A stretch of DNA of 64,000 nt from Podarcis melisellensis (Eukaryota): NCBI GenBank assembly GCA_964234715.1, contig OZ174275.1. One strand, 5' to 3'. Shown piece after piece: positions 52,301 to 63,241 of this stretch; within the stretch, counting starts at the first letter, position 1; every line of letters starts with the position of its first letter. A program made the position numbers and the translations under genes. Below the pieces are notes generated by a model. That model was given only the letters and a program-made list of their open reading frames with translations. It was not told the DNA's origin and did not search any database.

Positions 52301-55300
52301 ACCTGTGTTCAACATGTGAGGCTGTATTTCATCTTCTCCCACCTTCAGTAGTGCATTACCAGCTTCTGAGGTGGGGAAGACAGAGTGGACCTTCTCAGTG
52401 CTGGCACCTGGACTCATTTCTGATAGATGTCTGTTGGCTCCCTTTCTCCCAAGTTTAACAATGGTAGCAAAGACTCTTATTCCACTGTGCTTTTAATCAT
52501 ACCTACTTATATGGTGATGTGTCTTTAAAATGACTGCTTATGCCCTTTCATGCACTGTTTTAATGATTTAATTGACAATGTATTTTTGTATTTGAAAGCT
52601 GCAATAAAAGAGGGGGTGTATGATATTTATAAACTCTTAGAGGTGTTTCTGTGTTAATTGAGCTATTGTACCTATAACATCTGGGCTGTGGGTAAAACCT
52701 CAGTGCCTAGGACTTGCCGATCGTATGGTCGGCGGTTCGAATCCCCGCGGCGGGGTGAGCTCCTGTCTTTTGTTCCCAGCTTCTGCCCACCTAGCAGTTC
52801 GAAAGCACCCCTAAGTGCAAGTAGATAAATAGGTACTGCTTTATAGCGGGAAGGTAAACGGTGTTTCCGTGTGCTGCGCTGGTGCTGGCTCGCCAGAGCA
52901 GGTTCGTCACGCTGGCCACGTGACCCGGAAGTGTCTCCGGACAGTGCTGGCCCCCAGCCTCTTAAGTGAGATGGGCGCACAGCCCTAGAGTCGGACACGA
53001 CTGGCCCGTACGGGCAGGGGTACCTTTACCTTTACCTATAACATCTAGTGAATAGATGTTGGTTGGAGTCACTGAAATATACAGTAATATAGTGATGAAA
53101 CTTTAAATACAAGCTACTTCCACCACATACAGAACTCAGTAAGATTTCCACCACACCTGTGTTTTGACAGCCTTGTAATTTTCTGAGCGCAGCAAGTCCA
53201 AAAGCTGATTGAGGTTCCTGTCAAATCCTTTGCCACTCCACTGCTTGCTTAGAAGGCTTTGTAGTCCTTAATCAGTGAGACACATCAAGATAAATATGCT
53301 GCTTTATAAGAAGCACAGTTAGTTTGCTTATCCTGCAGACACTGGAAAATTATAGCTGTACATGCCAAAGCAGACAGTAGCATGAATTTTTCTCACAAAA
53401 AAATGAATGGTGAAAAGAATGAACGAAGTGTTGATACAACTAAAGGTGCTTACACCTGTAAAGTGAGGGGAAAGCCAGATTTCCCTCCAGCTGGAAAACA
53501 AGCTAACCATGGGCCTTTTGGTGTATGAACTAGTATAATGCACACTGCCAAATGCATTTGTCCCAATGGGATAGAGTATTTTCAAATCTACACATAAAAC
53601 ATGTACAGACATGCCCTAAAATGCAATATTGAAATGGTTGCAATAGTGCTACAACTTTCTAGGCCATATATTTTGAAGAAAAATCATGGCAAAATACTCA
53701 ATGCAATTAATACCATGCAGGAAAAGACCAATTTCATATATAATGACAGCTCAAATATGCTGTCCTGGTTTAATATAGAACCTACCAAGACAATTGTATT
53801 GACTGAACAAACTTGGCATTGGTAATCGGTGGTGGAATGGCAGCTTTTGGCATTCACTTTTGGAAAATTTGGAGGGAGTGCACTATGTTTACCAAGAAGT
53901 AGTTGCTCTCAGATGTCACAAGAAGCACCTGGAATTAATCTATACATGCTGTAATTTTACGGAGCCCAGGTACCAGCTCAACAGAATGGCAATGCAGAAT
54001 AAAAACTTATTTTGTTGCTTGTCAGTTTTATGGGCTTGCTTGGCTAATCAATTTCAGGTTGGCTTAACTTTATAGAAGACACTGACAGTGTTTACATGTA
54101 ACATTAAACCAGTTTAGCAGAGGGATGGGGAGCCTGAGGCCCTCCAGACATTGTGTGGTTCCAACACTCATCCCGTTTAGCCAGCATGATCAACAGTCAA
54201 AAATGATGGGCACTGTGGCCATCCAGATGATGTTAGACTCCAGCTTCCCCACTGTTGGTTTAGCATTATATATCTGAGTATAGAGGAGTCCACATGAAGC
54301 ATTAGACTCAAGCACTAGACCATCCCCCTAAACGGCTGGGAGGAGGAATAAATGATGATTAAGTTTCGCTTTAGCCAATTCCTGGCTTGTCCTTATGTGC
54401 AAACCAGGAATCCTGGTGTTAAATAAACTCTAGTCAATGTAAAAGAAGCCGACTTAAAACCACGAGTTACAAAGCAGGCTTGTTAACAACTTAAGTGTTT
54501 ATTTTAAACCTGGACTCCTGGTTTTTGTGTTAATGACAAGCCATTAAGTGAAACCAAGTTCTGTTTTATTCTTCTAGCCTTACAGAAGGTGGGAGGGGAA
54601 GACTAGTTGAACTCAAGCCTTTACTCGGCCTTGCGGAGGCTCATGCTTATAATGTTACATCATACAATGTATGGCTTAGCATTACTGTAGCTATTGCCTT
54701 TCCTGTGCAGTAAAAGTAGTGAACATCAGATGCAGTTATTTTGTACCAAGGTTTGTACCAAGCATAGAGTTGGATCCACATTATGTTACTTGAACCTAGG
54801 TCCCATTCAATTCTGGATCCAATCAATAGGATTTATGCTAATCTGAGAGCAAGTCCCACTGACATGTATGGAACTTTAAGTTTTCACATTCAATACCTTT
54901 TAGAATTGATACACAAGTTCTAGGCTGTACAAAGTATACCTTTGCTTTTGGAATTATAGTGGGCCTTGACCCTGAAGGGCTAATCAGTGCCAGCGTTACT
55001 ACAAAATTCTTCCCAAGTCTGAGAAACAGAGTAACAAACCTTTGTAGCGGGTAGCGAATGTTGTCACAAGTTGGGCATCAGACTGTGCAATCAAGAGTAA
55101 CAGCTTTATAGCTGCATTTCCTATGACAGGATTGATGGAAGACGAAAGCTTGTAAACAAGCTCATCTAAAATGCAGTGCAGGGACTTTTCAGCAACTTGA
55201 AGTAACACAGCACTGACATAACAAGAGAAAAGATGGAATGATACTGGAGTCTATTCAATGGTGCCAGAGGGGAGGGGAAGGTAAGCAGATTACAGTAGCT

Positions 55301-58300
55301 AGCAAGTATTGCACTAAACCCTTTAGTAACTTTAAAATACAACTGTAGTGCTGCTTAAAGGTTGTAAAAGGGATTTCTCTTAATAGTATTGAAAAGTAAT
55401 CAAAATGGATCACACAGAAGAAGTTTTGCTTGGGTTGACTATGGTTGTACTGGCTTTCATTATATTGAGATTATAAGCTACTACAGTGGAACCTTGGTTC
55501 TCGAACGGCTTAGTTGATGAACAAATCGGCTCCCGAATGCTGAAAACCTGACGTGTTACAGTTTTTGAACGTTTTTCAGAAGGCAAACGTCTGACGTGGC
55601 TTCCGCTTGAGTGCAGGAAACTCCTGCAGCCAATCAGAAGCTGTGCCTTGGTTTTCAAATGTTTCAGGAGTTGGACGGACTTCTGGAATGGATTAAGTTT
55701 GACAACCAAGATACCACTGCTTATTCAAGTGTTCTAAATTGCTCAGAATGGACCACTCAGAGAGGTTCTCTATACAAGAAAGGCAGGATACAATATTTAA
55801 TAAATAAATGCACACAATAAAATTAATAAACACAAGCTGAACTGATAGATGGTCCTCCAGAGAGAAGAGGATATGGCTGTTGGTTAGACATTATTAAAAG
55901 TCGCCTGCCTCTTGAGGTAATGCATTATAAAACATTCCTTCTAAATTTGGAATCGTAACCATTTGGTGCAGACAGAAAGGACTCAAGGTGTATGAATCTA
56001 TATGGTATCTCTACTTAAGTCAAAAAACGATACTGTTATAGCAGGAGGTCATGCAACATGTGCAGCAGTTAATGGAATGGAAGAGTTTGTCACTTATCAC
56101 TAACATATTACAAAAACACCCAGTAGGGGGCCTTGGCACACACCTGCATTCAGCACAGCAATGTCACCTGCTAGCTAGAGGGAATAATAGATTGACTGCC
56201 TTGAATGGGAAAGAAATGGGAAACTCCCATAATAAAAGCATAATCCTGAAGATGATGTGAGAACACTCTACCATCAAAGGGTAATTAATGCACAATAAAC
56301 TGCTCAAAAAGGCCTTTGCTTTCAGAATCCTGGATGCTACCTATGAACGATCATGGAAGTTCTACGGATGATATTTATGTAGTTATCTTGAACTAAAACA
56401 GCCACTAGGAAACCACGTGTCATTGTTCTGGAGCTTTTACTGTGCCTTTAACTCTCTCCTCCTGGCAGTATCTCTTGCTCATGTAAATAAATTCAGAGAA
56501 GTGATTAGCACTGTATGATAAACTTTAAGATATATTAAGGGAAATGTTTAAATTAAGGTATATCAGTTACCTATTGACTCTTAAAATATTCTGCAACACA
56601 GACATCATTATGGTTGAAGTTTCAACATCGTCCGTCATCAGCAGTTGCTGGAAGTGTCTATTCTGAAGCACTAGGGTGAAAAACAGGAAGAAAACTCAAG
56701 CCATGAAGCAATATCCATGAATTTGTAGTTTTACCAAGGAAAAACACAACGGTTATCTACAAGCAGATCACAAAAGGGGGAAATATTTCACCAGAAACCG
56801 CTATGCAGCTATAGTAATGATCTTTCAGATCTTTCTTCCCTTACCATTTGCTGTTAGCTGAATGAATCCGCCACACAGCCAGCAGATGGCATCAGTGACT
56901 GTTCTGAAACAGTGTAAAAATTCATTCCTCTCTTCATCCTTCACAAAAAAGCAAGAAATTAAGATTATAATTCCTGAAACATTACTTTGAAAGCAACTTA
57001 TTCTGAAGTTATATACCGTATTTTGCACTCTATAAGATGCACCAGACCATAAGACGCACCTAGTTTTTGGAGGAGGAAAACAAGAAAAAAAATATTCTGA
57101 ATCCCAGAAGCCAGAACAGCAAGATCCCTCTTGCTGTTCTGGCTTCTGGGATAGCTGCGCAGCCTGCATTCGCTCCATAATACGCACACACATTTCCCCT
57201 TACTTTTTAGGAGGGGAAAAGTGAGTCTTATAGAGCAAAAATACGGTACTTGCTGAGCAGGATAGTTAATTCTGAAACTCCCTCCATCCAAACTTCATCA
57301 GTCTGAGGTCTGGGAACTCCTTTGCCAATCACCATTGGTGGACAGATGCACTTTTAAAAACTTAAAACACTTTTTCTACTGGAAAACCAGCTGGTTCCAT
57401 GGGTCAGTAATGCTACTACTGTAATCTGATTCATCAAATCCACCAACCTTTTTTGGAATACTGTGAATTAAAACTTTCAACATTTAGTTCAACTTTTGTT
57501 GAAATGCTGCTTTAAGAAGAAAGCATCTACACCACAATATTTGTCCTGGAGGCATGTCATAATTTTGCTTGCATTTTTTTCATGTTCAATAAACTATTAG
57601 TGATTTAACTTTTACTGGAGTTGATCCAAAATTTCAGTATCCCTTGCTGTCAACCATGGCATCAAACAATATCATAATAGGCCAAAGCTTCCTGCTGTAA
57701 TATAGTTGTTCTGAGTCCTGATTCCACAGAAGATATGCCCTTGGTATTTGGTATGCAAGGCGCCTGGAGTTGGGGGGCAGGGCAAGGGAAGACTGCCTGA
57801 ATAAATCAACTATTCAGCATGTTAACATGTCAAGAAGTTACAAAACAGTTCCACTACACAACCTTAAGCCGTTCAGCCTGAATACCTTGATCGCTCGGAT
57901 GAATCGTGCTTGCAGGCGCCTCCCCAAGAAGAGGAGATTGTCTGCTACAGAAGGAAGTAGCTTATTGTAAAACTCTTCTGGTTCTTCTTTTACCTCAAGG
58001 CCCACACAACACTGGCTGAGAAAATAAACACACATACATTTTAGCAGTTTGCAGGTAATGCTGTAATACACCCAGGCTAATACACAGTCACACAATGATT
58101 TCAAGAAGGGTGGGCTAGAGACAATTCAGGAATAAAAGCTGTGTAACCATGGATGAGTTTACCTTAGTATCTCTGCTATTTGGGCAGCAGTGGTCCAGCC
58201 TCCAAGCACTCTTGTATAATCTTGCTTAAGGACTAATGTGCAGTATTGAACCAGATCGTAGTAGTACAAGTCTTGTTTAATTTTTTTTAATTCTTTGCTG

Positions 58301-59120
58301 CCAGGCGGTGCACTATTTAAAATATCTAGGGAAGAAAAATAAACCTAAACAGATGGACCAGGAGCTTGGGTGACAAAATGATACTTTCTCAATTACAGCA
58401 TGTGACACTCAAGTACCCTTCTACTCTGAAAGGGAGTATAATATCAAGAAAGATTAAGTGAGCATGAGACAATGTGGAGCCCCAACTACCATCTTGTCAT
58501 TACTGCAACACTGATACAGAGGCAATTGCCAGCTAGGAAATCTATAGAACAAACAAACCAGACGATTCATGCGTAGAACGCTTACAGAATACATTATAGA
58601 TGGATAGAAAAAGATGGGCAAATAAGTCAGTGGGATGGTGCAAAGGAGAATTAAGAAACGGTGGAGATGCAAGTATGATGAAAAATAAGGTGGCTTATAG
58701 AAGACTTCCTTGTTTTGCACCAGTAGAATTACTAGACTCTGGCCACAAAGACTTCCTTTACTAGAAAGTAGCCCTCTAGCAACTGACAGTTCCTCTAGCT
58801 ATAATGCTGCTGCAGTTCATCAGCAGCCTCAAATCAATAATTATATTTGGAAAGACTTGCAGAAAATATAAAATATGCACATATAGACTTTGTAGAATAG
58901 TGAATCTCAACAGTTCAGATAGAGTTTAACGAGTAGTGAAAAACAATTTCATTTATAGTATAAGAATCTCAACACTTGAAACTATTTCATTACAGGTCTG
59001 AAAGAACTCAACCCATTTACCTTTTAACTTCAGCAGCAGCACAGGGACATCCTGATCAGGGCTTTCAGTAGCCTGGGAAGCCAGGGACAATATTCTGGAA
59101 TCCACTGATAATGGCTTCAT
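46077..59120 (-). CDS. IQCB1: IQ motif-containing protein B1 (nephrocystin-5), complete spliced CDS, 13 coding exons, 593 aa
   Basis: Exons of 100, 163, 130, 94, 100, 173, 110, 110, 143, 149, 129, 157 and 224 nt total 1782 nt; all GT-AG with consistent phases and an open frame; MKPLSVDSRILSLASQ...WWKKLEE...LFIGGSKT is recognisably IQCB1; IQ motifs IQAAWRGFQTRK and IQRYWRAFRERR; adjacent to EAF2 as in human. Confidence 0.97.
46917..47073 (-). CDS. IQCB1: IQCB1 coding exon 12
   Basis: tccag| ASEMSQEMSRELHHQAQEKL...EQHREALLAQVHTDVDQLM |gtatgt. Confidence 0.95.
48487..48615 (-). CDS. IQCB1: IQCB1 coding exon 11
   Basis: cacag| VLKFLEKQRKRKAYSLLKQPKHLSDEQRLSLQQKVNDYIKLHP |gtacat. Confidence 0.93.
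49391..49539 (-). CDS. IQCB1: IQCB1 coding exon 10
   Basis: cctag| QVDKHMHEMEEKSAITIQRYWRAFRERRNF...YKAAVLIQRA |gtgagt. Confidence 0.95.
50311..50453 (-). CDS. IQCB1: IQCB1 coding exon 9 (coiled coil)
   Basis: tgtag| AKRKQELQGLKKQKEEEDLRQQLQLRRQRAMRLFHERQLTLLEIVHP |gtatgg. Confidence 0.95.
51206..51315 (-). CDS. IQCB1: IQCB1 coding exon 8 (IQ motif)
   Basis: ttcag| RLHQAACLIQAAWRGFQTRKRLKQLPKAVTILQRNF |gtaaag. Confidence 0.95.
51850..52500 (+). mobile_element. Decayed L2-clade LINE fragment in an IQCB1 intron
   Basis: VTHALLTSRLHCC peptide; TTATTACACCAGCTCTTGTCCATTTGCACTGGCTTC and CAATTCAAAATGTTG resemble the L2 ORF2 end. Confidence 0.7.
52683..53032 (+). mobile_element. Sauria SINE, young, with perfect TSD
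   Basis: B-box GGTTCGAATCC; ACCTTT tail; 14-bp TSD TACCTATAACATCT (52669-52682 and 53033-53046). Confidence 0.93.
53157..53266 (-). CDS. IQCB1: IQCB1 coding exon 7
   Basis: ttaag| LQSLLSKQWSGKGFDRNLNQLLDLLRSENYKAVKTQ |gtgtgg. Confidence 0.92.
55040..55212 (-). CDS. IQCB1: IQCB1 coding exon 6
   Basis: gtcag| AVLLQVAEKSLHCILDELVYKLSSSINPVIGNAAIKLLLLIAQS...TRYK |gtttgt. Confidence 0.95.
55484..55719. mobile_element. Tc1/mariner MITE, related family C
   Basis: TA-CAGTGGAACCTTGGTT ... AACCAAGATACCACTG termini. Confidence 0.75.
56571..56670 (-). CDS. IQCB1: IQCB1 coding exon 5
   Basis: cctag| LQNRHFQQLLMTDDVETSTIMMSVLQNILRVN |gtaact. Confidence 0.95.
56845..56938 (-). CDS. IQCB1: IQCB1 coding exon 4
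   Basis: tgaag| DEERNEFLHCFRTVTDAICWLCGGFIQLTAN |gtaagg. Confidence 0.95.
57016..57246. mobile_element. TA-target MITE (pogo/Tigger-like TIR) with an internal hairpin
   Basis: TA-CCGTATTTTGCACTCTATAAGA ... TCTTATAGAGCAAAAATACGG-TA. Confidence 0.85.
57886..58015 (-). CDS. IQCB1: IQCB1 coding exon 3
   Basis: ctcag| QCCVGLEVKEEPEEFYNKLLPSVADNLLFLGRRLQARFIRAIK |gtattc. Confidence 0.95.
58163..58325 (-). CDS. IQCB1: IQCB1 coding exon 2
   Basis: cctag| ILNSAPPGSKELKKIKQDLYYYDLVQYCTLVLKQDYTRVLGGWTTAAQIAEIL |gtaaac. Confidence 0.95.
59021..59120 (-). CDS. IQCB1: IQCB1 coding exon 1 (exon starts at 59134, ATG at 59120)
   Basis: MKPLSVDSRILSLASQATESPDQDVPVLLLKLK |gtaaat; acceptor tttcattttaaaatatag|. 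Confidence 0.95.
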
Positions 59121-59689
59121 TTCATCCAAGCCAACTATATTTTAAAATGAAAGAAAGAAGAAAAGAGACAAAACATTTGACTTTAGCTATGGAAGAGAGC
59201 ACTGATGTTTTATAGGAAGTGAACAGATAAATAAAAAACAGTTCAACAAAACAGATGCATCTAATAAAGATGATGTATGATAAAATCCACACTGGGCAAC
59301 CATAGGAGGATGTGTTCCAAAGACAAACCAATTTTAATAGCAGATTCATAGAATATGCCTCTTCTACTCTAAACGACATCACGTGTTTTTCCACAGCTAA
59401 GCTAGAAAACATAGTTTAATAATTGACATCTTAGCCCAAAGCCCCAGGCCCACTCCCTGGCACTGCCAGTTAGTTGATTTCAAATAAATCTGTGTGAAAC
59501 ACTTTTGCCTGATACCCTGCAGAGCTGTTGCCAATAACAGTAAACAGACCTGGCCTAGATGGATCATTGGTCTGACTGTAGGAGCCAGTTCCTCATACCT
59601 TTATTAAGCCATCATATGGAGCTGTTATTAGTAGGTGACTGCGGTGCTTGTCAAAACTGGGACAAACTGGAAGGTGGCAAACTACTCAC

Positions 59690-59742
59690 TTTACAAATAC
59701 CAGCTTGGTTGGTCCCATTGACTGATTCCTAATGGGCTATAG
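59690..59742 (-). other. IQCB1: Probable IQCB1 5' UTR exon 2 (53 nt)
   Basis: Acceptor tttcttctgtttaataatttccag| and donor |gtgagt; human IQCB1 also starts translation in exon 3. Confidence 0.6.
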
Positions 59743-60209
59743 CTGGAAATTATTAAACAGAAGAAAGCAAACTAAAAGCCCACAAAGTAATAATTTTAAA
59801 AAAGGCCTCTTCATGATTTTATGGCTATCCAGAGTTGGTAGAGGGGAGAATCATAGCTTGGGAAACAATTGGGGATAAATATTTGTGAGCAGAGAAAATA
59901 TCTAGGACACTTGAAAAATATCTGCTACTCTGGCCATAGATGACTGAAGTGAGACTTTTCATTTAACAACTACTAGCTGGTTGAGTATTCTTTATGAAAA
60001 TTTGTTTGCAGTGAAGTAACACTGTTGAACACCAAAGTATCAGAATGAAATGTAGTATACATTGCCCAGGGGACAACTCTGTTTCTTCTTTCAGTACCAG
60101 CTTAACTCCCACACCTGTTTCAAAGGGAAAAGAAAATGAAAAATGCAACACAATGTGCTGAGGCACTGGAATGGCAACTGGCATGCATTTTCAATACACA
60201 CTAAACTAT

Positions 60210-60440
60210 CTATTTATTTATTACATTTATATACCACCTTTTTCTTCCAGTGAGCTCAAGGTGCTGTACATGGTTCTCCTTCGCCCCATTTCATCTTTAC
60301 AACAGTCCTGTGAGGTAGGTTAGGCTAAGGAGGAGTGATTGGCCCAAGTTCACCCACTGGGCTTCATTTCTCAGTGGGGATTTGAATCCTTGTCTCCCAG
60401 GTCATACTCCAGCACTCAAACCATTATGCCACACTGGTTC
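60210..60440 (-). mobile_element. MIR-like / CORE-type tRNA SINE
   Basis: TTTATTTATT tail; TTTACAACAGTCCTGTGAGGTAGG core; GGGATTTGAATCC antisense B-box. Confidence 0.8.
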
Positions 60441-61230
60441 TAGTCTAGTTTTACTACAAACCCCAATTTGATGTCACCCCCCTCCACATTTGTGCATTTC
60501 CCTCCTCAATGATCAAGAGTATAGCGATAGTTCCCAAGCCCACATGCTAGGGAACAGTGCTGTACAGAAGAGCAAGATCTGTACACATAGGCTTCTCCTA
60601 TGATATGGAACTCTGTGCAATGAGGAATCCACATCACAAGGGAACTTATTTGACACATAGAGCACTCTCCCTTCTATGCATGAGCAGCAGTGGAGTGAGA
60701 ACAGGTGCAGGCACAGTCCCATTGCACATGACCATAAATCACATGAATGAACACACAAACAGGACACAAGTGTCAAGGGAAACAAAACACTGCGATACAG
60801 AAAGACTGATGGATCATACTGAAAACTGATGCACACATTCACGGCTTGCTGCTGTTTCAAGTACTGTACAAAGTTCAGCTCAGCCTCCGCCCCACATTTC
60901 CAAAAGGGAAGAATGGGCAAATGTAGGAAGCTGCTTTATGCAGTCAGATCCTTAGCTCAGCATCAGACTGCATTTAGCTCAGCATTGTATACTGATGACA
61001 AAAACCCTTCAGGGTTGTTGGTTTTTTTAAAATGAGTCAGGATTGAACCTGAAAATTTATGCATGTAAATACAACTTAAGAAGAAGCTGCTGGATAAAAC
61101 CAATGGCCCATCTGTTCCTAAAGTGGCTAACCAGATTTATTTATTTAAGATAAATAATGCATCCTTCTGAGGGGACTTACAAAGGATAATTTCATATGCA
61201 TAGTAGGTACATTATGCTTCCAAATGATCT

Positions 61231-61300
61231 ACAGAATCGGAATTGTAGAGCTAGAAGGGACCAAAGGGTCAGCTAGTCCAACCCCTTGCAACACAGGAGC
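61231..61300 (-). mobile_element. CR1 LINE 3' end remnant
   Basis: AGAATCGGAATTGTAGAGCTAGAAGGGACC...CTAGTCCAACCCC resembles the 4237 copy. Confidence 0.65.
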
Positions 61301-61868
61301 TGCCCCCTTCAGATCAAGTAAACCAATAGAAATAATTAACTGACCAATCAGATCAGTACTGCCCCCCCAAATACTGGCTACACCCATGTTCCTCACCAAC
61401 TATAATTCAGACATACCACCTCAGAGTGGACAGCTGTCATGACCAGCAGCCACTGAGCGCCTTATCCTCTATGCATTTGTCTAATTCCCTTTTGTAGCTT
61501 GTCCGAGTTGGCAATTATCACTATGTGACGCGGTAGTGGATGCCATAGTTCAACTACCGGCCTTGTGAAGATGCATCACCCTGGATGATTCACATGGCAG
61601 AAGAGAAGTCAGTGTGCATGTTCAGGGCACCGTCCCGAGTCCCAAGCACAAACCTGAGGTTTGATCCTCCAAAAACCTTTCACGGGGTTGTTAAGAAGGC
61701 CTCTCAAACACGGCGCCCTTTACCAGATTGACAGTGAACAGCCTCACTCTCCGCCCATTACCCTCAAACCTCACGCCCCCGCGGACCCCCCCCCCCGACC
61801 ACTACCAGCCCCCTCATCCAAGCGCCTCCTTCCACAACCGGAAGGACTAATGCGGTTCTCTTACTCAC

Positions 61869-61960
61869 ACGGCCAGTTTCACGGCTGAGGTCACGAGGGT
61901 TCCTGCCCAATAGGAACGCGAACCTGGGCGCGAGGAAGCGGCAACTGTCCCGCCGGCACG
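61869..61960 (-). other. IQCB1: Probable IQCB1 non-coding exon 1 (TSS approximate)
   Basis: Minus-strand donor CCGT|gtgagt (exon ends 61869) within the CpG island. Confidence 0.6.
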
Positions 61961-62417
61961 CGCTTCTCCAACCGTCCCTCCGCCCTTATTTGCATATGTT
62001 CCCTCCCTAACGCCTCGCTCGAACTCCAGGAGGCTCGGCAACAGGCGGGCAGCGTCCCCTCACCCCACTGTCACTACTGACGGACGTTTACAGTGGGCGT
62101 GACTAAGGTGCGAAGCTGCAGCCAATAGAGAGGCGTTAAAGCTCCCTCCGCATCGCCGCTTCCCTCTGAGGAAAGGCGCGCGCGGGGTGGGGGGTGGGTT
62201 GGTGCTACCAAACTCGATCAGCCACTGAGGAGGAGGCGGGGCGCGGAAAAGGGGGCGCGGCCTCTGGAAGGAGAGCGCGGGGTGGCCCCGCCCCCTCCCC
62301 TCGGCAGGGCGAAGAGGGGTGGTTTTAGCCTGGCAGCGGCAGAAGTGGAGCGGCTCTGTTGCGCGCTGGTCGGAGAGAGAGAGAGAGAAGAGAGAGGCAG
62401 GAGCGGGAGGCTCGGGG

Positions 62418-62520
62418 ATGAACGGGGCGGCCCCGCCGATCTTCGACTGCAAGGAGCGCGCCCTGCTGCTGGGCGAGAGTTTCGAGAGGCAGCCGCGCTG
62501 CGCCTTCCACACCGTGCGCT
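62418..62520 (+). CDS. EAF2: ELL-associated factor 2, coding exon 1 (gene continues beyond the window)
   Basis: MNGAAPPIFDCKERALLLGESFERQPRCAFHTVR followed by a phase-1 donor |gtgagt; QPRCAFHTVR is EAF2-type; head-to-head with IQCB1. Confidence 0.93.
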
Positions 62521-62567
62521 GTGAGTGAGGAGAGCGCTCCAGGGAGTGGAGCCACCGGCTGGGGCTG

Positions 62568-62612
62568 CCAGGCAGGCAGGCAGGGAGGGAGGGAGGCAGG
62601 CAGGCAGGCAGG
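62568..62612. repeat. (GGCA)n/(GGGA)n compound microsatellite
   Basis: Directly visible in EAF2 intron 1. Confidence 0.9.
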
Positions 62613-63241
62613 CGGGAGCCTCGACCCCGTCCAGGTGGGGAAGAGTTTGGGTGAGGAGAGCTGGCTCCCTCGTAAGTGAACGCCCGACAACTTCATAGCT
62701 GGTGTCTGTGTAATAACGATGGGTGGTAACTTGCTAATCGCCGTCGTCATCATTGCTATTATGTTGGAAGCAGGAAGGTTGGCATCTGTTTGGAAAGGAA
62801 CCAAAGTGCTTCATCTAGAGCTAAGTCAGAAATTATGGAAGCGACGGGCACTTTGGACTTACTGCGGGAATTTTTTTTCGGGGGCGGGAATTGTTTCCGC
62901 AAATACCACGAACAAATTGAGGGAAAGAAGCTGTCACTGTGTCTACCATTGTAAGAGTTCAAGAAAGGAATAAGGCTTTTTTTAAAAAAAAAATGCCTCT
63001 ATTTGCTCAATATGATAAAGCTCCATACTTTTAAATCTATCAGAAATATTAAATTCAGCACCCAGTGACATCCAGTGAACTTTAAGAACCCATTGTGTTC
63101 TTAAAAGGGACGAAGAAAACCAAAGGTGACCTGTCAAATCTACATGGAAATGGGGAGATCTGAGGTATTTTGGTGTGTTTGGGGAGAGGAGGCATAGGGG
63201 ATGAATAGAGCGCCTAGATATTGCCCGACAGTCTCTCTCTC

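Larger units (their letters stand above)
61700..62760. promoter_or_regulatory. Bidirectional CpG island promoter IQCB1/EAF2
   Basis: CpG-dense; octamer ATTTGCAT at 61988-61995; CCAAT near 61907 and 62122; GC box GAGGCGGGGC near 62233; divergent first exons. Confidence 0.9.

Noticed and set aside
52683-52760. tRNA gene (also 10540-10620, 21020-21080, 36060-36120)
   Set aside because: tRNA-derived SINE heads that continue into SINE bodies; no complete cloverleaf
62282-62417. N-terminal extension of EAF2 suggested by the ORF track
   Set aside because: Those starts are GTG; the first ATG at 62418 matches the conserved EAF start
62418-62520. EAF1 instead of EAF2
   Set aside because: QPRCAFHTVR and adjacency to IQCB1 indicate EAF2 (EAF1 has RPRASFHTIR)
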